Below are positions 13,609 to 26,357 of a stretch of DNA of 64,000 nt, in pieces. The translations under genes and the position numbers were made by a program. Numbering within the stretch: the stretch's first letter is position 1; each line of letters starts with the position of its first letter. Below the pieces are notes generated by a model, which ran no database searches, was not told the origin of the DNA, and saw only the letters and a list, made by a program, of their open reading frames with translations. Source of the DNA: Macrostomum lignano (taxonomy: Eukaryota); assembly GCA_002269645.1 (NCBI GenBank), contig NIVC01000094.1:62001-126000 (forward strand), given 5' to 3'.

Positions 13609-15462
13609 CGGGTGTTGGAACTATTTTCTGAATGCTTTATCCTAATATCTCATTAGAACTTTGGTAGCAGTTGGCACTAAAAAACAAAGCAATCATGAAT
13701 ATCATATTTCTGCGCCGAAAACTCTGAAACAAACTCCACCCAAACCCGGGAAAAAGAAGATATTCTATTGGGAAGCAAAGAAGGCTGTCTCCCCAGAAAG
13801 CAGCATGGGAACCCCGTCAGTGCCGGGCGCCAGCAGTTGGGGGGGGGGAGTCTCGTATCCGAAATCAAAATGGAAGAAGTTGGAAAAAAATCCCCACAAG
13901 CGAAAGGCAATGGGAGACCCCGGCACAACTAAGAAACAATATTAAGTCGGTAGACGGTTCCTGTATTTTTGGGGAAGACAAAAAAAGCTGAATCCCATTT
14001 GCGAGTAGACCGGGGACTGGGAGCCTCCCCCGGACCGTCAGCTGGAGGCGCGCAGGCCGGCTGTGGGAGAAAAGGGAATACGGGAGCACGGCCGCTGCCC
14101 GATGTGTTTAAAAACTGACAGCCCCACCCCCCCCCTGCTCAAAAAGCAGCAGGCGGACTCGCTACCCACTTTCTCAATTTCTTTCTTTCATTGTGTCGAA
14201 GAGCCCCCCGTTACTGAGCCCCGAAGGCCCTCCGTCGCTAAGCGCTGACTGGCCTTCGAGACTTGGAGTGTCCTCTTGAACACTTCTCAACAGCGCCGGG
14301 AGGGTGCACCGCGCCCGGCTCGAAGTTCTCGAAGTGGACAGAGAAAAAGTCGAGTCTCCGGGGGAGTCGGGCCGGGGAGGTGACTGACTGGGGGCTCCAT
14401 GGCACCTGGAGCTGCTCAACTTGAGTCCAAATTTGAAGCAACTGCGGCTTGCTTGAGGCTGCAATCTCTGTAAAATTATTCCCTTCTAGCAGCCTGGGTT
14501 ATCCGATCTCCCCCTCTCCATCCCAAATCTCACCCCCTCTATCCCCAATCTCATCCTCTCTATCCCCAATCTCACCCTCTCTATCCCCAATCTCATCTTC
14601 TCTATCTCCAATCACATCCTCTCAATCCCTAATCTCACCCTCTCCATCCCCAATCTCATCCTCTCAATCCCTAATCTCACCCTCTCCATCCCCGATCTCA
14701 TTCTCTCAATCTTCAACTCACCCAATCTACTATCTTATCTCTCTCGCAAATGTTTAATCTTATTCTCTATATTCTCTATTCTTACCCTCTTTATCCCCCC
14801 CCCAATCTGATCATTCTCTTTCTTGCAGTCTATAAATTTTCTCAATTCTCTCATCTCCTCGATCTTTCCTATCCACTGGTAATTTCCCGACTTCCAAACA
14901 TCGCCACTCAGTGATCTACCTTCTTGATAATCCACTCCGCCTTCTCCATCATTTAACGTCAGTTTCGGTGAGCAGTTCAATAATCAGCACCCGCGCCCCG
15001 CTCAGCAGTTATTAAATGTCTCTAAGATCGCCCGGCCACCTGTCCGGGATGACCCTGCCTCAACCTAAATTGATTTCTCGGTCGAGCGGACACCCGATGA
15101 GAGCCGGCAGGCCAGAATCCTGAAAAGCCAAACATGTGTTTTTTGCATGACGGGCCGCAGAAATTCATCCGCATGCATAGCTGAGCAGGGGATGAGGAAG
15201 GAAGGCACCGAGAGGGCGAAATCGGAGACCTGGCCGGCTCTCAGCAGCCACTTGCTGGCCTTGCGAAACCAACACATTTATTTTGCCTCCGCGAGGCCTC
15301 TTCCATTGCTGGCGTGAATTATTAATATCGAAACATGAGGGTTGAGCCTCTGGGTCTGAAATTAAATACGACTGCAATAATTCCAGATGGAGCTGGGCAG
15401 GTGTGCCTGCCGATTGTCAAGAGGCTGGGAGGGGAACTCATTTGTAGGAATAAATAGGAAAT

Positions 15463-16805
15463 AGCTGATCCTGAATGACTCCGAAATTGATCCTGAGTGA
15501 TTCCGAAACTGATCCTGAATGACTCCGAAATTGATCCTGAGTGATTCCGAAACTGATCCTGAATGACTCCGAAACTGATCCTGAATGACTCCGAAACTGA
15601 TCCTGAATGACTCCGAAACTGATTCTGAATGACTCCAAAACTGATCCTGAGTGATTCCGAAACTGATCCTGAGTGATTCCGAAACTGATTCTGAATGATT
15701 CCGAAACTGATTCTGAATGATTCCGAAACTGATCCTGAATGACTCCGAAACTGATTCTGAATGACTCCGAAACTGATCCTGAGTGATTCCGAAACTGATT
15801 CTGAATGATTCCGAAACTGATTCTGAATGACTCCGAAACTGATTCTGAATGACTCCGAAACTGATCCTAAGTGATTCCGAAACTGATCCTGAGTGATTCC
15901 GAAACTGATCCTGAATGACTCCGAAACTGATCCTGAATGACTCCGAAACTGATCCTGAATGACTCCGAAACTGATCCTGAATGACTCCGAAACTGATCCT
16001 GAGTGATTCCGAAACTGATCCTGAATGATTCCGAAACTGATCCTGAATGACTCCGAAACTGATCCTGAATGACTCCGAAACTGATCCTGAATGACTCCGA
16101 AACTGATTCTGAATGACTCCGAAACTGATCCTGAATGACTCCGAAATTGATTCTGAATGACCCCGAAACTGATCCTGAATGACCCCGAAACTGATCCTGA
16201 ATGACTCCGAAATTGATCCTGAGTGATTCTGAAACTGATTCTGAATGACTCCGAAACTGATTCTGAATGACTCCGAAATTGATCCTGAGTGATTCTGAAA
16301 CTGATTCTGAATGACTCCGAAACTGATTCTGAATGACTCCGAAACTGATCCTGAATGACTCCGAAACTGATTCTGAATGACTCCGAAACTGATCCTGAAT
16401 GACTCCAAAACTGATCCTGAATGACTCCAAAACTGATCCTGAATGACTCCGAAACTGATCCTGAATGACTCTGAAACTGATTCTGAATGACTCCGAAATA
16501 ATCCTGAATGACTCCGAAACTGATTCTGAATGATTCCGAAACTGATTCTGAATGATTCCGAAACTGATTCTGAATGATTCCGAAACTGATCCTGAATGAC
16601 TCCGAAACTGATCCTGAATGACTCCGAAACTGATCCTGAATGACTCTGAAACTGATCCTGAATGACTCCGAAATTGATTCTGAATGACTCCGAAACTGAT
16701 TCTGAATGACTCCGAAACTGATCCTGAGTGATTCCAAAACTGATCCTGAATGACTCCGAAACTGATCCTGAATGACTCCGAAACTGATCCTGAATGACTC
16801 CGAAA
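15463..16805. repeat. 22-bp minisatellite gatcctgaatgactccgaaact
   Basis: Tandem array read directly. Confidence 0.95.
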
Positions 16806-17542
16806 CGAACTTCAAGAAAAATCAGTGTAAAAACTCATATTTTACAATCTCTAATCTAATCATTTTGAATCAATTAAAAATGCATAACCCCACAGAACAA
16901 TATCCAGCCAAGCACTTCCGCTCCCCAGAGAGGCCCGGGCCTCTCAAAGCTCTCGAACTGTCAGTTGCCTCCATTCGATCTAAAAGCCGAAAGCAGCTCA
17001 AAAAAGGTTGAGAAGCCGACTAAAGCCGCTCTTCCTCGACTCCTCTCCACCCTCCATTTTCTTTTTTCTTTTACTCAAAGCAGCCGGCCTGTCCGAGCTG
17101 ATTTGGCCGGGGAGAGTTGAGCTTGAAAGATTGAGAGGCCTCGGCCGAGAGCTGAAGCACCTCCTCCAGCATCCGCACCCCAGCCATTGACTCATTAGCA
17201 ACTCTGCCAGTTCCATGCCGGCCTCCCGGCCTCGACTCAATTGCCCCCCCCCACGCTTCAATCCGAGCCGCGCTCTCATCCTTTGTCCGTCTTTGAGCAG
17301 GCACTTGTCCTTCTGCTCCCGCCCGGAGCTGAACTGCCACGCTCCGAGGTTCGCCCTGCATCCACCTGCTCAAACTGGCCTGCCTGCTCTTTGCAATATT
17401 TATACCTTTTAGTCTTCGAACTTGACAAAGTCGTGACTTGAAATTTGGTCGAATAGTTGAGCTGGATGTAAAATACGGTCGTAAAATCGCCTCGCGCCTG
17501 CTGAGATGAATAATAAAAAATCTCTGTGGATCAGATTTGCTA

Positions 17543-18068
17543 TTCCGAAACTGATTCTGAGTGAATCCGAAACTGATTCTGAGTGATTTCGAAACTGATT
17601 CTGAATGACACCGAAACTGATTCTGAGTGATTCCGAAACTGATTCTGAGTGATTCCGAAACTGATTCTGAATGACACCGAAACTGATTCTGGGTGATTCT
17701 GGGTGATTCCGAAACTGATTCTGAGGGATTCCGAAACTGATTCTGAGTGATTCCGAAACTGATTCTGAATAATTCCGAAACTGATTCTGGGTGATTCCGA
17801 AACTGATTCTGAATAATTCCGAAACTGATTCTGGGTGATTCTGAGTGATTCCGAAACTGATTCTGGGTGATTCTGAGTGATTCCGAAATTGGTTCTGAGT
17901 GATTCTGAAACTGATTCTGAATAATTCCGAAATTGATTCTGGGTGATTCTGAGTGATTCCGAAACTGGTTCTGAGTGATTCCGAAACTGATTCTGAATGA
18001 CACCGAAACTGGTTCTGGGTGATTCTGAGTGATTCCGAAACGAATCTGAACGATTCCAAAACTGATTC
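17543..18068. repeat. 22-bp minisatellite gattctgagtgattccgaaact (same family as 15463-16805)
   Basis: Tandem array with 10-bp insert variants. Confidence 0.9.
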
Positions 18069-18511
18069 TAATTTTGATCACTTCGAAATTAGAAACAGAT
18101 TGTGAGTAATTTTTAGTGATATCTTGCCAAGCTTTTTAATAAAAAAAACTGGGAGAGGCTCACTTCCATGGCTTCTGTGTTCCCTGCCTGAGTTCTTTGG
18201 AAAGCCATCAAACTGCAAATAACTTTCACCAGTCCAGTTTCTGGACACTGCGACACCACACGTCAGCACCGACTTTGTCCCGTTGTTAGAACAAGTTCCC
18301 AACTTTTTATGCCATTTAAACAAAGGAGAATTCACAAGAACACCGGGGCTACAGGGCCAAATAAGCGAGCAAGTTGGGACTGCGTACGGCGGCACTTCAG
18401 GGCCGAGAGTGGGGCCGGCGCCGCGTGCTGGACAAGGCTGGACTCGAGCCTGCTTGTCAGCGGCACTGCCCGACTGTGCTTGGGATGCCGGCTTTGTGCA
18501 GCTGGGTGCTC

Positions 18512-21095
18512 AACTGAGGATCTGGGAGGCTGGCTCAGCAACTGACACTCTGGGAGGCTGGCTCAGCAACTGAGGATCTGGGAGGCTGGCTCAGCAACTG
18601 AGGATCTGGGAGGCTGGCTCAGCAACTGAGGATCTGGGAGGCTGGCTCAGCAACTGAGGATCTGGGAGGCTGGCCCAGCAACTGAGGATCAGGGAGGCTG
18701 GCTCAGCAACTGACACTCTGGGAGGCTGGCTCAGCAACTGAGGATCTGGGAGGCTGGCTCAGCAACTGAGGATCTGGGAGGCTGGCCCAGCAACTGACAC
18801 TCTGGGAGGCTGGCTCAGCAACTGACACTCTGGGAGGCTGGCTCAGCAACTGAGGATCTGGGAGGCTGGCTCAGCAACTGACACTCTGGGAGGCTGGCTC
18901 AGCAACTGAGGATCTGGAAGGCTGGCTCAGCAACTGAGGATCTGGGAGGCTGGCTCAGCAACTGAGGATCTGGGAGGGCGGCGGTGGCCCAGCAGCTGAG
19001 GATCTGGGAGGCTGGCTCAGCAACTGACACTCTGGGAGGCTGGCTCAGCAACTGAGGATCTGGGAGGCTGGCTCAGCAACTGAGGATCTGGGAGGCTGGC
19101 TCAGCAACTGAGGATCTGGGAGGCTGGCTCAGCAACTGAGGATCTGGGAGGCTGGCTCAGCAACTGAGGATCTGGGAGGGCGGCGGTGGCCCAGCAGCTG
19201 AGTATCTGGGAGGCTGGCTCAGCAACTGACACTCTGGGAGGCTGGCCCAGCAGCTGAGGATCTGGGAGGCTGGCCCAGCAACTGAGGATCAGGGAGGCTG
19301 GCCCAGCAACTGAGGATCTGGGAGGCTGGCCCAGCAACTGAGGATCAGGGAGGCTGGCCCAGCAATTGAGGATCTGGGAGGCTGGCCCAGCAACTGAGGA
19401 TCTGGGAGGCTGGCCCAGCAATTGAGGATCTGGGAGGCTGGTCCAGCAACTGAGGATGTGGGAAGCTGGCCCAGCAACTGAGGATCTGGGAGGCTGGCTC
19501 AGCAACTGAGGATCTGGGAGGCTGGCTCAGCAACTGACACTCTGGGAGGCTGGCTCAGCAACTGAGGATCTGGGAGGCTGGCTCAGCAACTGACACTCTG
19601 GGAGGCTGGCTCAGCAACTGAGGATCTGGGAGGCTGGCTCAGCAACTGAGGATCTAGGAGGCTGGCTCAGCAACTGAGGATCTGGGAGGCTGGCTCAGCA
19701 ACTGAGGATCTGGGAGGCTGGCCCAGCAACTGAGGATCAGGGAGGCTGGCTCAGCAACTGACACTCTGGGAGGCTGGCTCAGCAACTGAGGATCTGGGAG
19801 GCTGGCTCAGCAACTGAGGATCTGGGAGGCTGGCCCAGCAACTGACACTCTGGGAGGCTGGCTCAGCAACTGACACTCTGGGAGGCTGGCTCAGCAACTG
19901 AGGATCTGGGAGGCTGGCTCAGCAACTGACACTCTGGGAGGCTGGCTCAGCAACTGAGGATCTGGAAGGCTGGCTCAGCAACTGAGGATCTGGGAGGCTG
20001 GCTCAGCAACTGAGGATCTGGGAGGGCGGCGGTGGCCCAGCAGCTGAGGATCTGGGAGGCTGGCTCAGCAACTGACACTCTGGGAGGCTGGCTCAGCAAC
20101 TGAGGATCTGGGAGGCTGGCTCAGCAACTGAGGATCTGGGAGGCTGGCTCAGCAACTGAGGATCTGGGAGGCTGGCTCAGCAACTGAGGATCTGGGAGGC
20201 TGGCTCAGCAACTGAGGATCTGGGAGGGCGGCGGTGGCCCAGCAGCTGAGTATCTGGGAGGCTGGCTCAGCAACTGACACTCTGGGAGGCTGGCCCAGCA
20301 GCTGAGGATCTGGGAGGCTGGCCCAGCAACTGAGGATCAGGGAGGCTGGCCCAGCAACTGAGGATCTGGGAGGCTGGCCCAGCAACTGAGGATCAGGGAG
20401 GCTGGCCCAGCAATTGAGGATCTGGGAGGCTGGCCCAGCAACTGAGGATCTGGGAGGCTGGCCCAGCAATTGAGGATCTGGGAGGCTGGTCCAGCAACTG
20501 AGGATGTGGGAAGCTGGCCCAGCAACTGAGGATCTGGGAGGCTGGCTCAGCAACTGAGGATCTGGGAGGCTGGCTCAGCAACTGACACTCTGGAGGCTGG
20601 CTCAGCAACTGAGGATCTGGGAGGCTGGCTCAGCAACTGACACTCTGGGAGGCTGGCTCAGCAACTGAGGATCTGGAAGGCTGGCTCAGCAACTGAGGAT
20701 CTGGGAGGCTGGCTCAGCAACTGAGGATCTGGGAGGGCGGCGGTGGCCCAGCAGCTGAGTATCTGGGAGGCTGGCTCAGCAACTGACACTCTGGGAGGCT
20801 GGCCCAGCAGCTGAGGATCTGGGAGGCTGGCCCAGCAACTGAGGATCAGGGAGGCTGGCCCAGCAACTGAGGATCTGGGAGGCTGGCCCAGCAACTGAGG
20901 ATCAGGGAGGCTGGCCCAGCAATTGAGGATCTGGGAGGCTGGCCCAGCAACTGAGGATCTGGGAGGCTGGCCCAGCAATTGAGGATCTGGGAGGCTGGTC
21001 CAGCAACTGAGGATGTGGGAAGCTGGCCCAGCAACTGAGGATCTGGGAGGCTGGCTCAGCAACTGAGGATCTGGGAGGCTGGCTCAGCAACTGCA
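18512..21095. repeat. 28-bp minisatellite gaggatctgggaggctggctcagcaact with higher-order repeats
   Basis: About 90 units; the rare variant tgaggatgtgggaagc occurs at 19451, 20499 and 21008. Confidence 0.95.
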
Positions 21096-22029
21096 GCTCC
21101 AGCAACTGCTACACACTTGAATCTAGCAGCCTACTAACAGCAGTAAGCCAACGGATTGAGAAAGCAGAAACCGAGCCGGAACTCAAAAGAAATTCCCAAG
21201 GCAGGAAGGAAGACAAAAAACCCACTGGGACGGCCATAGATTGATTGCAGTGAATTGCGACTCAAAGCAGCGGGGGTCCGCAAACCTCAGAGATACCCCT
21301 GGCGGGGGCGGCCCACCTGGACAGGAAAATAGCAACCAATTAAGATGAGCAATAAGAGAGCTGCGGGGGAGGGGGAGAGGGTTAGAGCCAGGCCGTTACC
21401 AGGCCGTTGCCAAGGCGGTTGCCGACTGCAGCTGCGGTCGCGTAATGATCACATCGCATTGCCGCATTTGGCAGGCCATGTGGAAGGCCGGGGACTCAAG
21501 TGGGCGGGTCGCCAAGGCCGATGGGGGGGGGTCCCCCGAGCTCGATTCGATAGATCTGATTGCCAGCCTATTGTTCTCAACAACAACTGGCCCAGATGAT
21601 GACATCTGGCCAGTCTGCATCCAGTGGATTGTCAGGCACGAACTCAATCTACAGTTGATTAGAAACCGTTTACAACAAACTGCTTGGATATTCGATTGCC
21701 GGCCCACTTCACAGATTTAATTACGCGAGCGTTGAGGACCCTTGATCGGAATCTGGGTCAGCCGGGACTCTCGCAGCTAAATTGATTTACAGAATGCATA
21801 AATCATAACTGCAGCGATCTGTCAATCAGTGTGCACTGGGATGTCATTTGTCACACGCGGCTTTAATAAAGAAAATAAAAAAATCCAGATAAAAAAGTCA
21901 GTCAAATGCCAAAAATTTTGCTGTGGAACAGAGCCTGTATATCAATTTGATCAACCCGGTCCCATCTGACTTTATGATTATTAATTTGCTAGTGAAAGGA
22001 AAAAGTGGAACAACTGTCAATTAATTCCA

Positions 22030-23470
22030 CTCACTCCCCAGCAATTCAAGTCACTCCCCAGCAATCCCAGTCACTCCCCAGCAATCCCAGTCACTCCCCA
22101 GCAATCCCAGTCACTCCCCAGAAATTCCAGTCACTCCCCAGCAATCCCAGTCACTCCCCAGAAATCCCAGTCACTCCCCAGCAATCCCAGTCACTCCCAG
22201 CAATCCCAGTCACTCCCCAGCAATCCCAGTCACTCCCCAGCAATCCCAGTCACTCCTCAGCATCCCAGTCACTTCTCACCAATCCCAGTCACTCTCATCA
22301 ATCCCAGTCACTCCCCAGAAATTCCAGTCACTCCCCAGCAATCCCAGTCACTCCCCAGCAATCCCAGTCACTCCTCAGCATCCCAGTCACTTCTCACCAA
22401 TCCCAGTCACTCTCATCAATCCCAGTCACTTCCCAGCAATCCCAGTCACTCCCCAGCAATCCCAGTCACTCCCCAGCAATCCCAGTCACTCCCCAGCAAT
22501 CCCAGTCACTCCCCAGCAATCCCAGTCACTCCCCAGCAATCCCAGTCACTCCTCAGCAATCCCAGTCACTCCCCAGCAATCCCAGTCACTTCCCAGCAAT
22601 CCCAGTCACTCCCCAGCAATCCCAGTCACTCCCCAGCAATCCCAGTCACTCCCCAGCAATCCCAGTCACTCCCCAGCAATCCCAGTCACTCCCCAGCAAT
22701 CCCAGTCACTCCTCAGCATCCCAGTCACTTCTCACCAATCCCAGTCACTCTCATCAATCCCAGTCACTTCCCAGCAATCCCAGTCACTCCTCAGCAATCC
22801 CAGTCACTCCCCAGCAATCCCAGTCACTCCCCAGCAATCCCAGTCACTCCCCAGCAATCCCAGTCACTCCCATCAATCCCAGTCACTCCCCAGCAATCCC
22901 AGTCACTCCTCAGCAATCCCAGTCACTCCTCACCAATCCCAGTCACTCCTCAGCAATCCCAGTCACTCCCCAGCAATCCCAGTCACTCCCCAGCAATCCC
23001 AGTCACTCCTCAGCAATCCCAGTCACTCCCCAGCAATCCCAGTCACTCCTCAGCAATCCCAGTCACTCCTCACCAATCCCAGTCACTCCTCAGCAATCCC
23101 AGTCACTCCCCAGCAATCCCAGTCACTCCCCAGCAATCCCAGTCACTCCTCAGCAATCCCAGTCACTCCCCAGCAATCCCAGTCACTCCTCACCAATCCC
23201 AGTCACTCCTCAGCAATCCCAGTCACTCCCCAGCAATCCCAGTCACTCCCCAGCAATCCCAGTCACTCCTCAGCAATCCCAGTCACTCCCCAGCAATCCC
23301 AGTCACTCCTCACCAATCCCAGTCACTCCTCACCAATCCCAGTCACTCCTCAGCAATCCCAGTCACTCCCCAGCAATCCCAGTCACTCCTCAGCAATCCC
23401 AGTCACTCCCCAGCAATCCCAGTCACTCCCCAGCAATCCCAGTCACTCCTCAGCAATCCCACTCACTCCT
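22030..23470. repeat. 20-bp minisatellite cagcaatcccagtcactccc
   Basis: Tandem array read directly. Confidence 0.95.
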
Positions 23471-24277
23471 CACCAGTCAGTCACAGAGTGAATCAAAAAA
23501 GAAACTCTACATTATCAGTCTGTTTTATTATGGCTTCAGCGCCTTTTGAAACAACAGAATTTATGCATACTCGTAGTTTATTAAAAACTCAGTCCCTGGC
23601 TCCATGCTGCCTGCATTAATGACGTCTATAAATAAGACCAAATTACGAGTAATTAGCGTTCATAAATTAATGTACGTCAACTTCTACTATCAGTAGGTAG
23701 GTTAGGATATTGCTGTATGATCAGTTTAGTTCAACGCTTTTTACCATAGACAGGCCTAATGAAGAGATCGATTGCATCACTCTCGCGCCTTACTGCATGT
23801 CGGCGCAGTCACGGCCGCGCATCCGCAGCCAGCAGGACCTGGACGTCTCCGAATATCACAGCCTCAGCGTCTTCGTCCCGCAGAGCCGCGAACTCTCGCG
23901 CCAGCCGCTCCAGGCGGTCGCTGCCGCCGCCGTCGCCGAGGCCGAGCAGCACCTGCGGAATGTCGACGTAGAAGTCGCCGAGCGGCGAGCGAAGCCGGTC
24001 CTCGGCGCTGCTCACTGCAAAGCGCGCGTTCGGGCGGCTCGCGAGCCGCGGCGCAAGGCGCTCGGCCAGTCTTGGCTCGGGGTCAACCAAGGTCACGCCG
24101 CCGGACGGGCCCACCGTGTCGCAGTAGAACTCGAGAAGCGGGGCGAAACCGCAGCCCAGCTCGAGCACCTGCTGGCCTGGCAGCGGGGGAGCGTCAAGAA
24201 AGCATCCGATTTTGTGCTGTTACCCAATGTAGCATCGGGCAGGGACCGGGCTCTGCATGCCGGTGAAGCAGGAGATA

Positions 24278-24433
24278 GATCATGACTCTCACTGTATGAC
24301 CTCTGGAGTGACCTGTCAATCATCATGACTCTCACTGTATGACCTCTGGAGTGACCTTTGTCAATCATCATGACTCTCACTGTATGACCTCTGGAGTGAC
24401 CTCTGTCAATCATCAAGACTCTCACTGTATGAC
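24278..24433. repeat. 45-bp minisatellite in the paralogue B intron, short array
   Basis: Unit atgacctctggagtgacctctgtcaatcatcatgactctcactgt. Confidence 0.9.
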
Positions 24434-25004
24434 TGAAATGTAGCCATTTCCACCGCATGCGTTTTAGCACAAAACTCCATCTATGCACTTTCATCTGCTG
24501 ATTCGCTAAACGCAGGCTACCAATAGCAGCCTAACATCGCGCTGTATTTCAATGCACGAAAGTACGAAGCAGTCCTTAGACCTCTCTTGGAACTCCCCTT
24601 GTACTTCTTACACTCTAGCCAGCTCACAGACCCTTTATCCATTTCCTCTACTTCCGACTCATTGGCAAAATAATTAAAGACATTGATAGAAACAAAACCA
24701 ATCAAATCTACAATTCACACCCGATCGACAAGCAATACAGGCATAGCCTCGAACACCAGATCAGCCGAGAGTACTGATAAGTATCGATATATTCCGTTTC
24801 TGACTGCTTCATACTTCGTACTTAAGAAGCTTACATCCTTTGTATTTACGTGAACTCCATCAGTGATTTAGATTGGAAATATACCATCTCAAGAGAAGGT
24901 TTAACACCGCAGGAAAACACAGTCGGACTTGCCGCTCATTGTTTAATCTTAGAATACTCGGACGCAGATCCGACAGAGAGCTGAAACAACAACTAAAAGT
25001 ATTA

Positions 25005-25980
25005 CATGACCTCTGGAGTGACCTCTGTCAATCATCAAGACTCTCACTGTGTGACCTCTGGAGTGACCTCTGTCAATCATCAAGACTCTCACTGTGTGAC
25101 CTCTGGAGTGACCTCTGTCAATCATCAAGACTCTCACTGTATGACCTCTGGAGTGACCTCTGTCAATCATCAAGACTCTCACGGGATGACCTCTGGAGTG
25201 ACCTCTGTCAATCATCATGACTCTCACTGTATGACCTCTGGAGTGACCTCTGTCAATCATCATGACTCTCACTGTGTGACCTCTGGAGTGACCTCTGTCA
25301 ATCATCATGACTCTCACTGTATGACCTCTGGAGTGACCTCTGTCAATCATCATGACTATCACTGTATGACCTCTGGAGTGACCTCTGTCAATCATCATGA
25401 CTCTCACTGTATGACCTCTGGAGTGACCTCTGTCAATCATCAAGACTCTCACTGTGTGACCTCTGGAGTGACCTCTGTCAATCATCAAGACTCTCACTGT
25501 ATGACCTCTGGAGTGACCTCTGTCAATCATCAAGACTCTCACGGGATGACCTCTGGAGTGACCTCTGTCAATCATCATGACTCTCACTGTATGACCTCTG
25601 GAGTGACCTCTGTCAATCATCATGACTCTCACTGTATGACCTCTGGAGTGACCTCTGTCAATCATCATGACTCTCACGGGATGACCTCCGGAGTGACCTC
25701 TGTCAATCATCATGACTCTCACGGGATGACCTCCGGAGTGACCTCTGTCAATCATCATGACTCTCACGGGATGACCTCCGGAGTGACCTCTGTCAATCAT
25801 CATGACTCTCACGGGATGACCACCGGAGTGATCTCTGTCAATCATCATGACTCACTGTATGACCTCCGGAGTGACCTCTGTCAATCATCATGACTTTCAC
25901 GGGATGACCTCCGGAGTGACCTCTGTCAATCATCATGACTCTCACGGGATGACCTCCGGAGTGACCTCTGTCAATCATCG
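25005..25980. repeat. 45-bp minisatellite in the paralogue B intron, long array
   Basis: About 21 units of the same family. Confidence 0.95.
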
Positions 25981-26357
25981 TGACCATTTGCAGAATGGGC
26001 AGCTCCCAAGATCAAGTAAATGAAAGCAATCTGAGCAGAGGCTGGCACCGGCCCCTTCACTCCCACGCACCTTCTGCTAGACCGGCTTTCTTCAGAAATT
26101 TGATCATCCTATCCTGCTTCAGCTCGAATTCGCGCCTCAGGATGTCCTCCATGTCAAAGAAGTCGTGGTGGTGAGGGTCGCTATGAGCCTTGATGCCTCG
26201 GCTGCTGGTGGCTGTGCGACATTTGCTGCTCAAGCAGGAGCAGTTTTTTGCTGGTGCAACTTAAACTCTTGCAGAAAAATTAAAGCAGCCTTGAAAATTC
26301 AAACTTCAACTCCGATTTCTAGATTAAGATTAGCAATCGATTTCATGTGCCAGCCTG

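Larger units (their letters stand above)
7622..14649. repeat. Tandem segmental duplication, two ~3.4-kb units (7622-11160 and 11161-14649)
   Basis: Each unit = 34-bp array + ~0.8 kb unique + 20-bp array + ~1 kb unique. Unique parts 8445/11721 and 10121/13609 look identical except homopolymer lengths. Confidence 0.93.
23809..26222 (-). pseudogene. SAM-dependent methyltransferase paralogue B (exon 1 26222-26071, exon 2 24176-23809), internally deleted
   Basis: Exon 1 ...DFFDMEDILRREFELKQDRMIKFLKKAGLAE-G|gtgcgt; exon 2 after ccag: GQQVLELGCGFAP...VSSAED^RLRSPLGDFYVD...AADARP*. It lacks 324 bp (108 codons, including motif IV) relative to paralogue A, and the homologous ATG at 26222 is one base out of frame. 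Confidence 0.8.

Noticed and set aside
18400-18510. RRRVLDKAGLEP resembling FLKKAGLAE, as a possible third methyltransferase paralogue
   Set aside because: It is on the opposite strand, the match is short and no motif I exon follows.
18512-21095. CRISPR-like appearance of the 28-36-bp repeats
   Set aside because: Units are contiguous with no unique spacers, the context is eukaryotic and there are no cas genes.
24517-24950. Protein-like stretch in the paralogue B intron (IGFVSINVFNYFANESEVEEMDKG...)
   Set aside because: It is interrupted by stops and no family was recognised.
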